A DNA stretch of 64,000 nucleotides, taken from assembly GCA_963798845.1 (NCBI GenBank), contig CAWCUS010000002.1:448001-512000 (forward strand). The letters are read 5' to 3'. Below are positions 20,913 to 30,577 of the stretch, in pieces. A program made the position numbers and the translations under genes. Each line of letters begins with the position of its first letter. The first letter of the stretch is position 1. Origin of the DNA: an uncultured Gemmatimonadales bacterium. Its GTDB lineage: Bacteria > Gemmatimonadota > Gemmatimonadetes > Longimicrobiales > RSA9. The notes beneath the pieces were generated by a model that was not told the DNA's origin, ran no database searches, and saw nothing but the letters and a program-made list of their open reading frames with translations.

Positions 20913-21403
20913 GCCGAGCGCCCACCGTGCTCTCGCTCGCCCTCGCTGTCGCCCTGGTCGCGACCGCGTGCGGCGACCACGAGTTCTCTCCACCTTCCGA
21001 GGAGTCCCGGATCGCCGGAGCCGACACCCTCTTCAGCCCGGCAATGTTCGACACCATCGAATGGTCCTCGCGCGCACAACGCATCGACGCCGGGAACATG
21101 GTCTTCGCCCAGAACTGCCGGCGCTGCCATGGACCCGTCGGGCGCGGTAACACCCAGTACGACCGCGACCACGACCTGCACCCGCCCTCGCTCGTCGAGC
21201 CAGACTTCCCCTACGACAGCGTAGGCGAGCTCAGGCACGTGGTCTTCACGGGACACCGGGGCGGAATGCCCGGCTGGGGCGTCGCCAGTCTCGACCCCCG
21301 CGACATCGACGCCGCCTCTTTCTACCTGCTGGAGCAGCTCCGCCCGGAGATGCTCTCCGACAGCACGCGGCTGCCCGGACCGCTCCGGGAACGTCCGCGC
21401 TGA
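20909..21403 (+). CDS. Monoheme cytochrome c lipoprotein
   Basis: From MSRAPTV; lipobox ATAC; GNMVFAQNCRRCHG; distal GMP. Confidence 0.85.
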   Translation: MSRAPTVLSLALAVALVATACGDHEFSPPSEESRIAGADTLFSPAMFDTIEWSSRAQRIDAGNMVFAQNCRRCHGPVGRGNTQYDRDHDLHPPSLVEPDFPYDSVGELRHVVFTGHRGGMPGWGVASLDPRDIDAASFYLLEQLRPEMLSDSTRLPGPLRERPR

Positions 21404-21528
21404 CGACGCCGGGCGACCCGCCGGCCCCGGCCCCGACCTTCCCCCGGCGCCCCGACCCTCCCGGTCGGGGCGCTCATTTTTCGCGGCTCGAGGACCGGTG
21501 GCGTAGCGAGGCTGCGCCGGCGGAGGGG

Positions 21529-21678
21529 TGCGCGGAGTGCGCGTTTCTGCGCGCTCCAAGTGCGCGAAAGCGCGCGATCCGCCGGTTCAAGAACCCACGG
21601 CCGGATGGATATGAACGTCGTAAACGATTGTATTGCAATGGTTTCCGGGGTCTGAACGCTTTCTGGTCTCCGCCTTGT
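21529..21678 (+). promoter_or_regulatory. Putative sigma54 promoter region: enhancer-like sites, IHF-like site, -24/-12 element
   Basis: TGCGCG-N4-YGCGCG at 21538 and 21561; AT-rich TAAACGATTGTAT at 21621-21633; TGGTCTCCGCCTTGT at 21664-21678. Confidence 0.45.
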
Positions 21679-21733
21679 ATTAGAGGAGGGCGGAAACCAC
21701 GGCCCGAGGAAGGGCCCTGATCGGGAGGCGGAG

Positions 21734-22900
21734 ATGACGACAATGACGGAAGGCGCGACTCAGGCGACGAGCCCGCTGACGCGGGGGATCGGGCCGGTAG
21801 GAAAGGTGGCGGTGAGCTGGGGGGCGGCGGGTGGCGTGCTGGTGGGTGGCTTCCTGGTGGCGGCGATGACGCTGGCGGGGAAGCTGAGCGGGCACGCGCT
21901 TCTGCTGACGAGCAGCGGACTGTTCGTGGTCGGGGCGGGTCTCGGATTCACGCACGGTGCGGTGCTGGGATGGATGGGCCGGGCGCGGGACGTCAGCCGG
22001 CGGGTGGCGGTGGGGCAGCTGGGTCTGGCAGCGGTGTACGCGGTCCCCGCGCTGCTGGTGTCGTGGCTGGTGGCGGGCTGGATCGCGATGACGTCGGTGG
22101 CGCTGTACACGGGGAAGATGGCGCCGCTGGTGGGCTCCGGGATCGCGTGGCTGGTGGGGATCGGCCTCGTCGTGCTGAGCCTGGAGCAGGGCTGGGCGGC
22201 GATCCGCGGCGCGTACGCGTCGTGGTCGAACGCACGGGCCGGGACACTGATCGTCGCGGCGCTCTTCAGCGGGCTCCTGGCTGCGTTCCTGACCGAGCGG
22301 CCGGAGCTGTGGGGCGTGCACCTGCGCGTCACGCCCGTCGGCGCGGTGCTGCTGGCACTCGCCGCGACGCTGTGGCTCGCCGGGCCGTTGGTCACGCTGT
22401 CGCTGGTCCTGCTGCAGCGGCTGCCGGTCAGGGCGCCCAGCGTGGCGTTCGGTGGGAAGGGAAGCACCGCGGTGAGCGTGGCCGTCGCCGTGCTGGTGGG
22501 CGTGGGCATGGCGCTGATCGCCCTTCCGTTCTACCAGGGCGACTACGTCCTCCCGGCCAGCACCGTTGCCGGCGTGCTCAGCACGGCCCTCCTCGACGAG
22601 GTCCTGCTCCGACTCTTCCTGGTCACCGCCGTGACCTGGGTGCTCCTGCGGGAGCTGAAGATCGGAAGCGGGCGCGCGGCTGCCCTCGCGGTCGCCGCCG
22701 GCGCCGCCGTGCAGGTCCTGATCTACCTCCCCGGCGTGCTGGCGATCGGGTTCCCCTCCGCCTCCATGACGGCCGGGTTCCTGGCCACCACCGTCGCGGT
22801 CCCGGCGATCGCCTTCGGGCTCCTCTTCTGGCGCCGCGGCTTCGGCACCGCGCTGGTTGCTCACGCCACCACGCTGGCGGCGCTCCTGATCGTCGGCTGA
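21734..22900 (+). CDS. Polytopic membrane protein with a C-terminal CPBP (CAAX protease)-like domain
   Basis: About 10 hydrophobic segments; LLDEVLLRLFL (EExxxR-like) and GFGTALVAH; GGAGG RBS. Confidence 0.65.
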   Translation: MTTMTEGATQATSPLTRGIGPVGKVAVSWGAAGGVLVGGFLVAAMTLAGKLSGHALLLTSSGLFVVGAGLGFTHGAVLGWMGRARDVSRRVAVGQLGLAAVYAVPALLVSWLVAGWIAMTSVALYTGKMAPLVGSGIAWLVGIGLVVLSLEQGWAAIRGAYASWSNARAGTLIVAALFSGLLAAFLTERPELWGVHLRVTPVGAVLLALAATLWLAGPLVTLSLVLLQRLPVRAPSVAFGGKGSTAVSVAVAVLVGVGMALIALPFYQGDYVLPASTVAGVLSTALLDEVLLRLFLVTAVTWVLLRELKIGSGRAAALAVAAGAAVQVLIYLPGVLAIGFPSASMTAGFLATTVAVPAIAFGLLFWRRGFGTALVAHATTLAALLIVG

Positions 22901-23179
22901 GAAGGGGAGGCTGGGCGGCGGCTGAGCCCGTCGCCCGGCTTCGATGCGGCCGGGGCTGCGGGACGCGGCTTCGGCCGCTTTCGCGCGTCCCGAGCGGAAC
23001 ACCGTCGTCGATCCTGAGCGCGCGCGGGAATGCGGGCCGCGACCGCGGGCGCAGCCGGCGTCCCGCGGAGCGCCTGAAGCCTCGCGCGCCCAACGCGCTC
23101 GCGCGCCACGCGACGTCCCGGCCCCGCCAGTGTCGGGGAATCCCCCTCTGTTTTCCACGGGTAATGCCCTCTACCGGAG

Positions 23180-23195
23180 TGCGCGGAACCGCGCA
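23180..23195. promoter_or_regulatory. Palindromic operator candidate upstream of the kinase/regulator genes
   Basis: TGCGCGG-AA-CCGCGCA, a perfect 7-bp inverted repeat similar to the sites at 21538 and 21561. Confidence 0.45.
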
Positions 23196-23255
23196 GTATT
23201 CAGCCGTGACCATGCGCGAAGACGCGCGGACCGCGTCGGAAGTGGAGGCCGGGTG

Positions 23256-24704
23256 ATGCGCTGGATCGAGCGACTGCGGAGGCAGCCGCTACGGACCAAG
23301 CTGGTGCTGACGACCGTGGGTACGGCGGTGGTGGTGTTTGGCGCCGGATCGCCGCTGACGTTCCGGTACTGGCGAGAGCAGTCGGAGGCGGCGGCGGAGC
23401 AGCAGGCGCTACTTGCGGCGGCCTCGGTGCGTTCGGCGGTGGAGGCGGGGATGTCGGCGGGGGAGCCGACGCGGGCGAGATCGGCGCTGCGGGACCTGTC
23501 GGAGCTGGAGTCGATCACGGCGGCGCGGGTCTACGCGACGACGGGGACGGTGCTGGTGTCGACGAACGTGGCGGAGGAGGGATCGAAGCGACCGGGGGTG
23601 TGGGTGCCGTCGCCCGTGGAGCTGCCGGAGCGGGGGACAGCGAGGCGGACGGCGGAGGGGGATGCGGTGAATGCGTTCCTGCCGATCAAGTCGGGGGGCG
23701 CGGCGGTGCTGGAGGTGGACTTCTCGCTGGCTCCGCTGGAAGCGGCGATGGACCGGGCGGCGAAGCTGGGGCTGCTGCTGCTGATCGGGAGCGTGGCGGC
23801 GGTGATCCTGATCGTGGCGACGATGCTCGAGCGGGAGGTGATGACGCCGATCGAACGCGTGGTGGGGATGCTGTCGCCGGAGCCGGGGTCGCGATCGGCG
23901 GGGCTGGAGCGGATCGAGGAATCGGTGGTGGATCTGGTGAGGAAGGAGCGGGAGGCGACGGCGAAGGCGGCGGAGCAGGAGGAGCGGCTGGCGACGCAGG
24001 CGGGGTTCGCGGAAGTGGGTGAGATGGCGGCGGAGATGGCGCACGAGTTCAAGCGGCCGCTGGCGTCGATCCGCTCGGCGGTGGGACTGCTGGAGCAGGA
24101 GTACGACCTGAACGACCAGGCGCAGTCGCTTCTCGGGGCGGTGGACGCTCAGCTGGTGAAGCTGGCGGAGACGATGCAGGACCTGTTCGCGCTGGCGAAG
24201 CCGATGGAGCTGGAGGCCGACGAATTCGAGGTGGCGGATGCGGTGGACAGCGCGCTGATCCAGCTGGCGGGGCTGACGGACACGTCAGGGCGGAAGGTGG
24301 AGCGGCGCTACGATTCGGCCACGCCGCCGGTGTCTGGTGACCAGCACCGCCTGGAGCAGGCCGTACTGAACCTGCTGCTGAACGCGATGGAGGCGATGGA
24401 GGCGGGCGGCGTCCTGACGGTGCTGGTGCGGCCGGAGGGCGGGCACGCCGTGGTCGAAGTGCGTGACACGGGTCCAGGCATCCCGCCGGAAGAGAGGGAG
24501 AAGGTGGTGCGGCCGTTCTACTCGACGAAGCCGGGGGGCACCGGTCTGGGTCTTCCGCTGGTGGCCCGGGTGGTGGCCGCGCATTCGGGGACGCTGGAGA
24601 TCGAGAGCGAGGTCGGGAGGGGCACCGCAGTGCGGATCACGCTGCCGTGTCGTCCGCTGGCCGAGGTGGAGGGAGCGGAGTCGTGGGCAACGCACGAATC
24701 CTGA
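23256..24704 (+). CDS. Sensor histidine kinase
   Basis: From MRWIER; two TM; AHEFKRPL; NAMEAM, DTGPG, FYSTK, GTGLGL. Confidence 0.92.
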   Translation: MRWIERLRRQPLRTKLVLTTVGTAVVVFGAGSPLTFRYWREQSEAAAEQQALLAAASVRSAVEAGMSAGEPTRARSALRDLSELESITAARVYATTGTVLVSTNVAEEGSKRPGVWVPSPVELPERGTARRTAEGDAVNAFLPIKSGGAAVLEVDFSLAPLEAAMDRAAKLGLLLLIGSVAAVILIVATMLEREVMTPIERVVGMLSPEPGSRSAGLERIEESVVDLVRKEREATAKAAEQEERLATQAGFAEVGEMAAEMAHEFKRPLASIRSAVGLLEQEYDLNDQAQSLLGAVDAQLVKLAETMQDLFALAKPMELEADEFEVADAVDSALIQLAGLTDTSGRKVERRYDSATPPVSGDQHRLEQAVLNLLLNAMEAMEAGGVLTVLVRPEGGHAVVEVRDTGPGIPPEEREKVVRPFYSTKPGGTGLGLPLVARVVAAHSGTLEIESEVGRGTAVRITLPCRPLAEVEGAESWATHES

Positions 24705-26035
24705 TCCTCGAGGACGACGACCTGCTGCGGCAGGTGACCGCGGAGCGTCTGGAGCGGGAGGGCTACTCCGTGACGACGGCGGCATCGCTGGCGGAGGTGG
24801 AGCCGGTGGTGGAGCACCACACGCCCGACCTGGCGCTTCTGGACATCAAGCTGCCGGACGGCGAGAGCACGGAGCTGCTGGAGGACCTGGTGGCGACGGG
24901 CGAGACGGTGTGCGTGGTCATGACGGCGCACGGCACGGTGCAGTCGGCGGTGCGCGCGCTGCGCGCCGGAGCGGTGGACTACCTCGAGAAGCCGTTCTCG
25001 TTCGACCGCCTGAGCGCCACCATCGCCGGTGCGCTGGAGCGAACGCGCCTGCAGCGGGAAGTGCGTGCGCTGCGGGAGCAGGCGGGCCTGGGAGGGGACG
25101 TGGTGGGGAGCAGCGCCGCGATGCGGGAGGTGTTCGACCTGGTCAAGCGGGTCGCGTCCGCGGAAGGGACGACCGTCCTGCTGGACGGCGAGACCGGGAC
25201 GGGGAAGGGGATGGTGGCGCAGGCGATCCACCGGGCAAGCCCGCGAGCGGACGGCCCTTTCATCAATGTGACCTGCTCGGCGCTGGCCGAGACGGTGATG
25301 GAATCGGAGCTGTTCGGCCACGAGAGGGGGGCGTTCACGGACGCCCGCACCATGAAGCGGGGGCTGGTGGAGCTGGCGGACGGCGGGACCCTCTTTCTCG
25401 ATGAGATCGGAGAGCTGGGGCTGCGTCTGCAGGGGAAGCTGCTGCGCTTCATCGAGGAGAAGCGGTTCCGCCGGGTGGGGGGGACGAAGGACCTGGTCGT
25501 GGACGCCCGCCTGATCGCGGCCACGAACCGGGACCTCGCGGCGGAAGTGGAGAAGGAGGAGTTCCGAGAGGATCTCTATTACCGGCTGCGTGTCTTCCCG
25601 ATCCGGCTCCCTCCGCTGCGCGAGCGGACATCGGACATCCCCGCCCTCCTCCTGACGTTCGTGGAGGAGTTCAATCGGCAGTTCGGGCGGCGGATCCTGG
25701 ACGTGTCGCCCGAGGCGATGGAGCTCCTGAAGGCGTACCGCTGGCCCGGGAACGTGCGCGAGCTGCGGAACGTGATCGAGCGCACGGTGCTCCTGGCCGA
25801 CGGACCGGTGCTGAAGCCGGAGATGCTGCCGCCGGAGGTGCGAGGGGAGCGGCCGAGGGAGGTGGGTCCGCTGGAGCTGGGGCCGGACGGGCTGGACGTG
25901 GAGGCGTTGGAGCGGGAGCTCCTCACGAAGGCGCTTCGCCGGGCGGAGGGGAACAAGACGGAGGCGGGGCGGCTGCTCGGGATGAGTCGTCATCAGGTGC
26001 GGAATCGACTGAAAAAATACGGAATGGATGAATGA
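24683..26035 (+). CDS. Sigma54-dependent response regulator (REC-AAA-Fis HTH)
   Basis: GETGTGK, ESELFGHERGAFTDA, GTLFLDEIGE, FREDLYYRL, WPGNVREL. Confidence 0.95.
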   Translation: MGNARILILEDDDLLRQVTAERLEREGYSVTTAASLAEVEPVVEHHTPDLALLDIKLPDGESTELLEDLVATGETVCVVMTAHGTVQSAVRALRAGAVDYLEKPFSFDRLSATIAGALERTRLQREVRALREQAGLGGDVVGSSAAMREVFDLVKRVASAEGTTVLLDGETGTGKGMVAQAIHRASPRADGPFINVTCSALAETVMESELFGHERGAFTDARTMKRGLVELADGGTLFLDEIGELGLRLQGKLLRFIEEKRFRRVGGTKDLVVDARLIAATNRDLAAEVEKEEFREDLYYRLRVFPIRLPPLRERTSDIPALLLTFVEEFNRQFGRRILDVSPEAMELLKAYRWPGNVRELRNVIERTVLLADGPVLKPEMLPPEVRGERPREVGPLELGPDGLDVEALERELLTKALRRAEGNKTEAGRLLGMSRHQVRNRLKKYGMDE

Positions 26036-28080
26036 GACACCGACTCGTGATGGGGCTGTCGGTGCTGGTGGCGGTTGGCCTGTGGGCGTCGCCGGCTGGG
26101 GCGCAGCAGGCGCTCACGTGCAGCCAGTGCCATGGCGAGCTCGAGCTGCTGAGGCAGCACACGGGCAGTCTCTCCGAGGCGCGGGCTCTCCTGGTCCCCG
26201 ACTCGCTCCTGGACGGCACGGCGCACGCGGGATTCGCGTGCTCGCAATGCCACACCGGCTTCGACCGGTTCCCGCACCGGGCCGAGGCGAGGTCTCGGAC
26301 GTGCGTGGACTGCCACGAGGAGGTGGCGGCCAAGTGGCGTCAGGGCGCGCACGCCGAGGGGGAGGGGCGGGCCGGAGTCGCATGCACGGAGTGCCACACG
26401 ACCCACACCGTGGCCCCGCCCGAGGCGCTGGACGTGGCGGGCGCCGCCATGGCGACCATGGTGGGCCAGTGTGTGACGTGCCACGAGACGCAACGCCTGG
26501 GCGAGGATGATCCGCACGCCGGGGAAGCGCCGTGCTACGCATGCCACGCGCCGCACGCGGCGATGCCGCCCGACCTGCCGGAGTCGGGGCTGAGTCCGGC
26601 GTCGCAGCCGCGGACGTGCGGCGCGTGCCACGACTCCATCGCGACCGCCTGGCAGACCGACGTGCACGGTCAGGCGCTGCGGGAAGCGGCGGCGCGGGGC
26701 GACGTCGAGCTGAGCAATTCCGAGGTGCCCACGTGCACCGCCTGCCACGGAGCGCACCCTACAGCGGGGCCGTCCGGTCCGAACGCGCCCGCGCTGGCGG
26801 TGGCCGCGTGCTCGCGCTGCCACGAGGAGTATGCGGAGTCGTACGCGGATTCGTACCACGGGCAGGCCAAGCGGCTGGGCTCCGGGACCGTGGCGACCTG
26901 CGCGGCGTGCCATGGTGCGCACCAGATCTACGGCAAGGGCGACCCGCGCTCCACCGTCGCCCCTGCCAACCTGGTGGGGACGTGCCGGAGCTGCCATCCG
27001 GACGCGACATCGTCGTTCGCGAAGTTCGACCCGCACGCGAATCCGCACGAGCGGAGCCGCAATCCTCTGCTGTACTGGGCGTACAAGTTCATGACGTGGC
27101 TGCTGATCGGGACAATGGCCATGTTCGGGCTGCACACGCTGCTGTGGCTGCTCCGTATCGCCATCGACGCCGCTCGCGGAAGCAGCCCGCACGGGTACAG
27201 GCTGCCGAGCCAGGACGTGGCGCTGGACGCGGCGCAGCGAGGCCACGGCCGCTACGTCTGGCGCTTTCGCCTGTATCACCGGCTCACTCACGCCGCAGTG
27301 ATCATCTCGTTCTTCCTGCTCGTGTTCACGGGGATGCCGCTGCGCTTCAGCTGTGCGCCCTGGTCGGCCGGGCTCATGCGCCTGTTCGGCGGCGTGCACG
27401 CGGCCGGGCTCCTGCACCGGGTGGGGGCGTCGATCACGTTCGGGTACTTCGCCGCGCACCTCTTCTACATGATCCGCGCGCTGATCCGCACGCCGGACCG
27501 GCGTCGTCTGCTGTGGGGCGCGGACTCCATCGTGCCCCACCCTCAGGACATCATCGACTTCACGAACCAGTTCCGCTGGTTCCTGGGCCTGGGGCCGCGG
27601 CCGAAGTTCGCTCGCTACAGCTACATGGAGAAGTTCGACTACTTCGCCGTGTTCTGGGGCGTCGCGATCATCGGCGGGACCGGGCTGATGCTCTGGTTCC
27701 CCGAGCTGTTCGCCGGATTGGTGCCGGGTTGGTTCTTCAACGTGGCCACGGTGGTGCACGGCAATGAGGCGATGCTCGCCACGCTGTTCATCTTCACCAT
27801 CCACTTCTTCAACGTCCACCTGCGGCCAGAGAAGTTCCCGCTCGACGCCGTCATGTTCACGGGGCGGGCGACGGTGGAGTACATGGAAGAGGAGCACCCG
27901 CGCATCCTGGACCACATCGAGGCCAGGGCCAGCGAGCCGGCGCGGGCGGACCAGGCCCCGGACGCCCCCGCGGCGCCGCCCAGCCGGAGGCAGACGCTGG
28001 TGGCCGCCATACTCGGATTCCTCGCCCTCGGACTGGGACTCTTGCTGATCGGAATGATGACATGGGTAAGCTTCTGCTGA
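26032..28080 (+). CDS. 11-heme cytochrome c fused to a di-heme cytochrome b (FdnI/HyaC-like) membrane domain; CbcL-like architecture
   Basis: Signal peptide (AGA-QQ); 11 CxxCH; then RLTH, LLHR, YSYMEKFDYFAVFWG, VVHGNEA, IHFFNVH. Confidence 0.88.
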   Translation: MRHRLVMGLSVLVAVGLWASPAGAQQALTCSQCHGELELLRQHTGSLSEARALLVPDSLLDGTAHAGFACSQCHTGFDRFPHRAEARSRTCVDCHEEVAAKWRQGAHAEGEGRAGVACTECHTTHTVAPPEALDVAGAAMATMVGQCVTCHETQRLGEDDPHAGEAPCYACHAPHAAMPPDLPESGLSPASQPRTCGACHDSIATAWQTDVHGQALREAAARGDVELSNSEVPTCTACHGAHPTAGPSGPNAPALAVAACSRCHEEYAESYADSYHGQAKRLGSGTVATCAACHGAHQIYGKGDPRSTVAPANLVGTCRSCHPDATSSFAKFDPHANPHERSRNPLLYWAYKFMTWLLIGTMAMFGLHTLLWLLRIAIDAARGSSPHGYRLPSQDVALDAAQRGHGRYVWRFRLYHRLTHAAVIISFFLLVFTGMPLRFSCAPWSAGLMRLFGGVHAAGLLHRVGASITFGYFAAHLFYMIRALIRTPDRRRLLWGADSIVPHPQDIIDFTNQFRWFLGLGPRPKFARYSYMEKFDYFAVFWGVAIIGGTGLMLWFPELFAGLVPGWFFNVATVVHGNEAMLATLFIFTIHFFNVHLRPEKFPLDAVMFTGRATVEYMEEEHPRILDHIEARASEPARADQAPDAPAAPPSRRQTLVAAILGFLALGLGLLLIGMMTWVSFC

Positions 28081-29468
28081 CGCTGACGCTGGCGCTGGCC
28101 GCCTTCCTCGCCGGCTGCGAGCAAGGCGGACCGGGTGCGTCGCAGGAGAGGGGAGCCGGCGCTCGCGCGGAAGCCACCGCGGCCGCGTCCGTCCGGGAGC
28201 AGCACGCGGATCCCCACGCGGACCTGGCGTGCCGGGCGTGCCACCAGGGGCCGCAGGGCGAGCGCGGCAGGGCGACCGTGCCGGCGTGGTCGTGCAAGGC
28301 GTCGGGCTGCCACGAGTCCGGCGGCCCGCCTGAGGTGCAGGTGGCCACCGTGGAGTTCGGGCACCGGGACCACGGCCAGAACGGCGAGGTCCAGGCGACA
28401 TGCGCGGGATGCCACACCCACAGCGCGGGCGGCGAGCCGCTGCAGGCTTCGGTGGACGCGTGCACCCTGTGTCACCTGTCGCAGGTGTCGAGCCGCGCGC
28501 CGGAGGACTGCCGGGTGTGCCACCAGCAGCCGGACCACTCCAGGCTGACGAGCCAGGGCGTGGTGGTCTCCCACTCGAAGCTGCCGTGGATGGAGATCGG
28601 GTGTGTGCGCTGCCACTATGACGTCTCGGAGGCGGAAACGAGCGTGGCCAGCGCGCGCTGCCGGGAGTGCCACACGGACATTGCAGCCCTCAACCAGCAG
28701 GCGGTGGGCCGCGACCTCCATCCGCTGCACGATGGCGTGAGCTGCACGTCCTGCCACGAGAAGCACATGCACCGCGTGGCGGCCATGAGCTCGGCCGTCG
28801 ACCTCATCTGCTCCGACTGCCATCGCGAGGAGCACGGGGTGGCGCTGAAGGGAGCGGGGGCTTGGCCCCAGAGCAGCGTTTGCTCGACGTGCCACGAGGG
28901 GGTGCACGCGGCGCAACAGCAGCTCATCCTGGGCGTCTCGCCCGACGGCGAGGTGGTCCCCAGCGCCAAGTTCCTGGCCGGAGTGACGTGCCGGTCCTGC
29001 CACGTGCCCACACCGGGCGACTCTGTGGGCCCGCTCCGGGGCGAAGCGCAGGCGTGCGGCATGTGTCACGACCAGCGCTACACGCAGGTGCTGAGCTGGT
29101 GGATGAGCGGCGTGCAGTCGCGTCTCAACGCGGCGCGCGGCTATCTCCACACGGCCGAGACGACGCTGCGGAGCGCTCCGGACAGCGCCCGCGCGCTGCT
29201 CGGGTCCGCGACCCAGATGGTCGACCTGGTGGCGCGCGCTGGCGGCGAGCACAACCTTGAGCTGAGCGATCGCCTGATGCGCGCCGCCGTGGAGCGGACG
29301 CGGGAGGCCTACGCCGTGTCGGGAAAGACGGCCCCGGCCGCGCCGAACATGGGGCCGGTCCCCCACATGGGGCTCTGCTCCTACTGCCACTACAGCACGT
29401 CCCGGCCGCTGGACATCCGGGACATGCCCGACGAGTTCCACCAGCGGGTTCTGCGGCAGCGGCAGTAG
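28062..29468 (+). CDS. Multiheme cytochrome c lipoprotein (13 heme motifs)
   Basis: Lipobox LAGC; 12 CxxCH plus CKASGCH; helical C-terminal region with GEHN. Confidence 0.88.
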   Translation: MGKLLLTLTLALAAFLAGCEQGGPGASQERGAGARAEATAAASVREQHADPHADLACRACHQGPQGERGRATVPAWSCKASGCHESGGPPEVQVATVEFGHRDHGQNGEVQATCAGCHTHSAGGEPLQASVDACTLCHLSQVSSRAPEDCRVCHQQPDHSRLTSQGVVVSHSKLPWMEIGCVRCHYDVSEAETSVASARCRECHTDIAALNQQAVGRDLHPLHDGVSCTSCHEKHMHRVAAMSSAVDLICSDCHREEHGVALKGAGAWPQSSVCSTCHEGVHAAQQQLILGVSPDGEVVPSAKFLAGVTCRSCHVPTPGDSVGPLRGEAQACGMCHDQRYTQVLSWWMSGVQSRLNAARGYLHTAETTLRSAPDSARALLGSATQMVDLVARAGGEHNLELSDRLMRAAVERTREAYAVSGKTAPAAPNMGPVPHMGLCSYCHYSTSRPLDIRDMPDEFHQRVLRQRQ

Positions 29469-29537
29469 CGTCTGGCGGCCGGTCCGAATGACGGAGACCG
29501 GACACGGGTGGACGAACCGGAGCGACGGAGGACTCGG

Positions 29538-30410
29538 ATGCGAGTGGCGTTTCTCGGAGTGGGCAGCATGGGTGCGCCGATGGCGACGAACCTGGCCCGA
29601 AGCGGGCACACGCTCACCGTCTGGAACCGCACACGGTCCCGGGCGGAGGGTGTGGAAGGCGCCGTGGTCGCCGCGTCGCCGCGGGAAGCCGCGCTCGGGG
29701 CGGACGTGGCGATCACCATGCTCTCCGACGACGACGCGGTGGAAGCCGTCGTCTTCGGCGCCGACGGGCTCCTCGCCGGTCTCCCCGCGGGCGCGGTGCA
29801 CGCTTGCATGAGCACCATCAGTCCGGTGCTCTCGCGACGACTCGCCGAGGCGCACGCAGGCCGCGGCCAGCGCTACGTGGCCGCCCCCGTGTTCGGACGG
29901 CCCGAGGCGGCGGAAGCGGCACAGCTCTGGGTGCTCACGTCGGGTGATGGGGACGCGAGAGCGGCGTGCGCGTCGGTTTTCGAGACGCTGGGGCAGGGCG
30001 TGATCGTGGCCGGGCCCCGCCCCGAGCAGGCCAACGTCGTGAAGCTCGCGGGCAATTTCCTGCTCGCGTCGGCCATCGAGGCCATGGCCGAGGCGTTCAC
30101 GCTGGTGCGCAGCTACGACGTGGACACCGCCGAGTTCCTCCGCACCATCGCGACACGCCTGTTCCGATCTCCGATCTACGAGAACTACGGCGGCATGATC
30201 GAGGCGCAGCGCTACGAGCCGGCCGGATTCAGCCTCCGGCACGGCCTCAAGGACATACGCTACGCCCTCGGTGCCGCCGACCGGGCCGAAGTGCCGCTCC
30301 CGCTGGCCAGCCTCCTCCACGACCGCCTCCTCTCCGCCACGGCGCGCGGGTGGGCCGATCTCGACTGGGCGAGCCTCGCCCGCGTCGCGGCGGTGGAGGC
30401 CGGCGAGTAG
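29538..30410 (+). CDS. NAD(P)-dependent oxidoreductase, beta-hydroxyacid dehydrogenase family
   Basis: FLGVGSMGAPMA, WNRT, MSTISP, APVFG, VKLAGN, KD; GGAGG RBS. Confidence 0.9.
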   Translation: MRVAFLGVGSMGAPMATNLARSGHTLTVWNRTRSRAEGVEGAVVAASPREAALGADVAITMLSDDDAVEAVVFGADGLLAGLPAGAVHACMSTISPVLSRRLAEAHAGRGQRYVAAPVFGRPEAAEAAQLWVLTSGDGDARAACASVFETLGQGVIVAGPRPEQANVVKLAGNFLLASAIEAMAEAFTLVRSYDVDTAEFLRTIATRLFRSPIYENYGGMIEAQRYEPAGFSLRHGLKDIRYALGAADRAEVPLPLASLLHDRLLSATARGWADLDWASLARVAAVEAGE

Positions 30411-30577
30411 GGTCCGGCCGGTCGGCACCCTCGGTCAGGACGGACCACCCGGACAATGGTGCGACGCCGGCTCGGGGGCACATGAGCGTCGACGCGCTTG
30501 CGGCGGCGGAAAGCGCGCGTTAGCGTCGTTCCGTCCTTCCGCCTCAACCGCGCCACAACGAAGAGACGCAGAGCCGC

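Noticed and set aside
24683..26035. GAFTDA instead of GAFTGA as a sign of an inactive activator
   Set aside because: GAFTDA is a common natural variant, and the other AAA+ motifs are intact.
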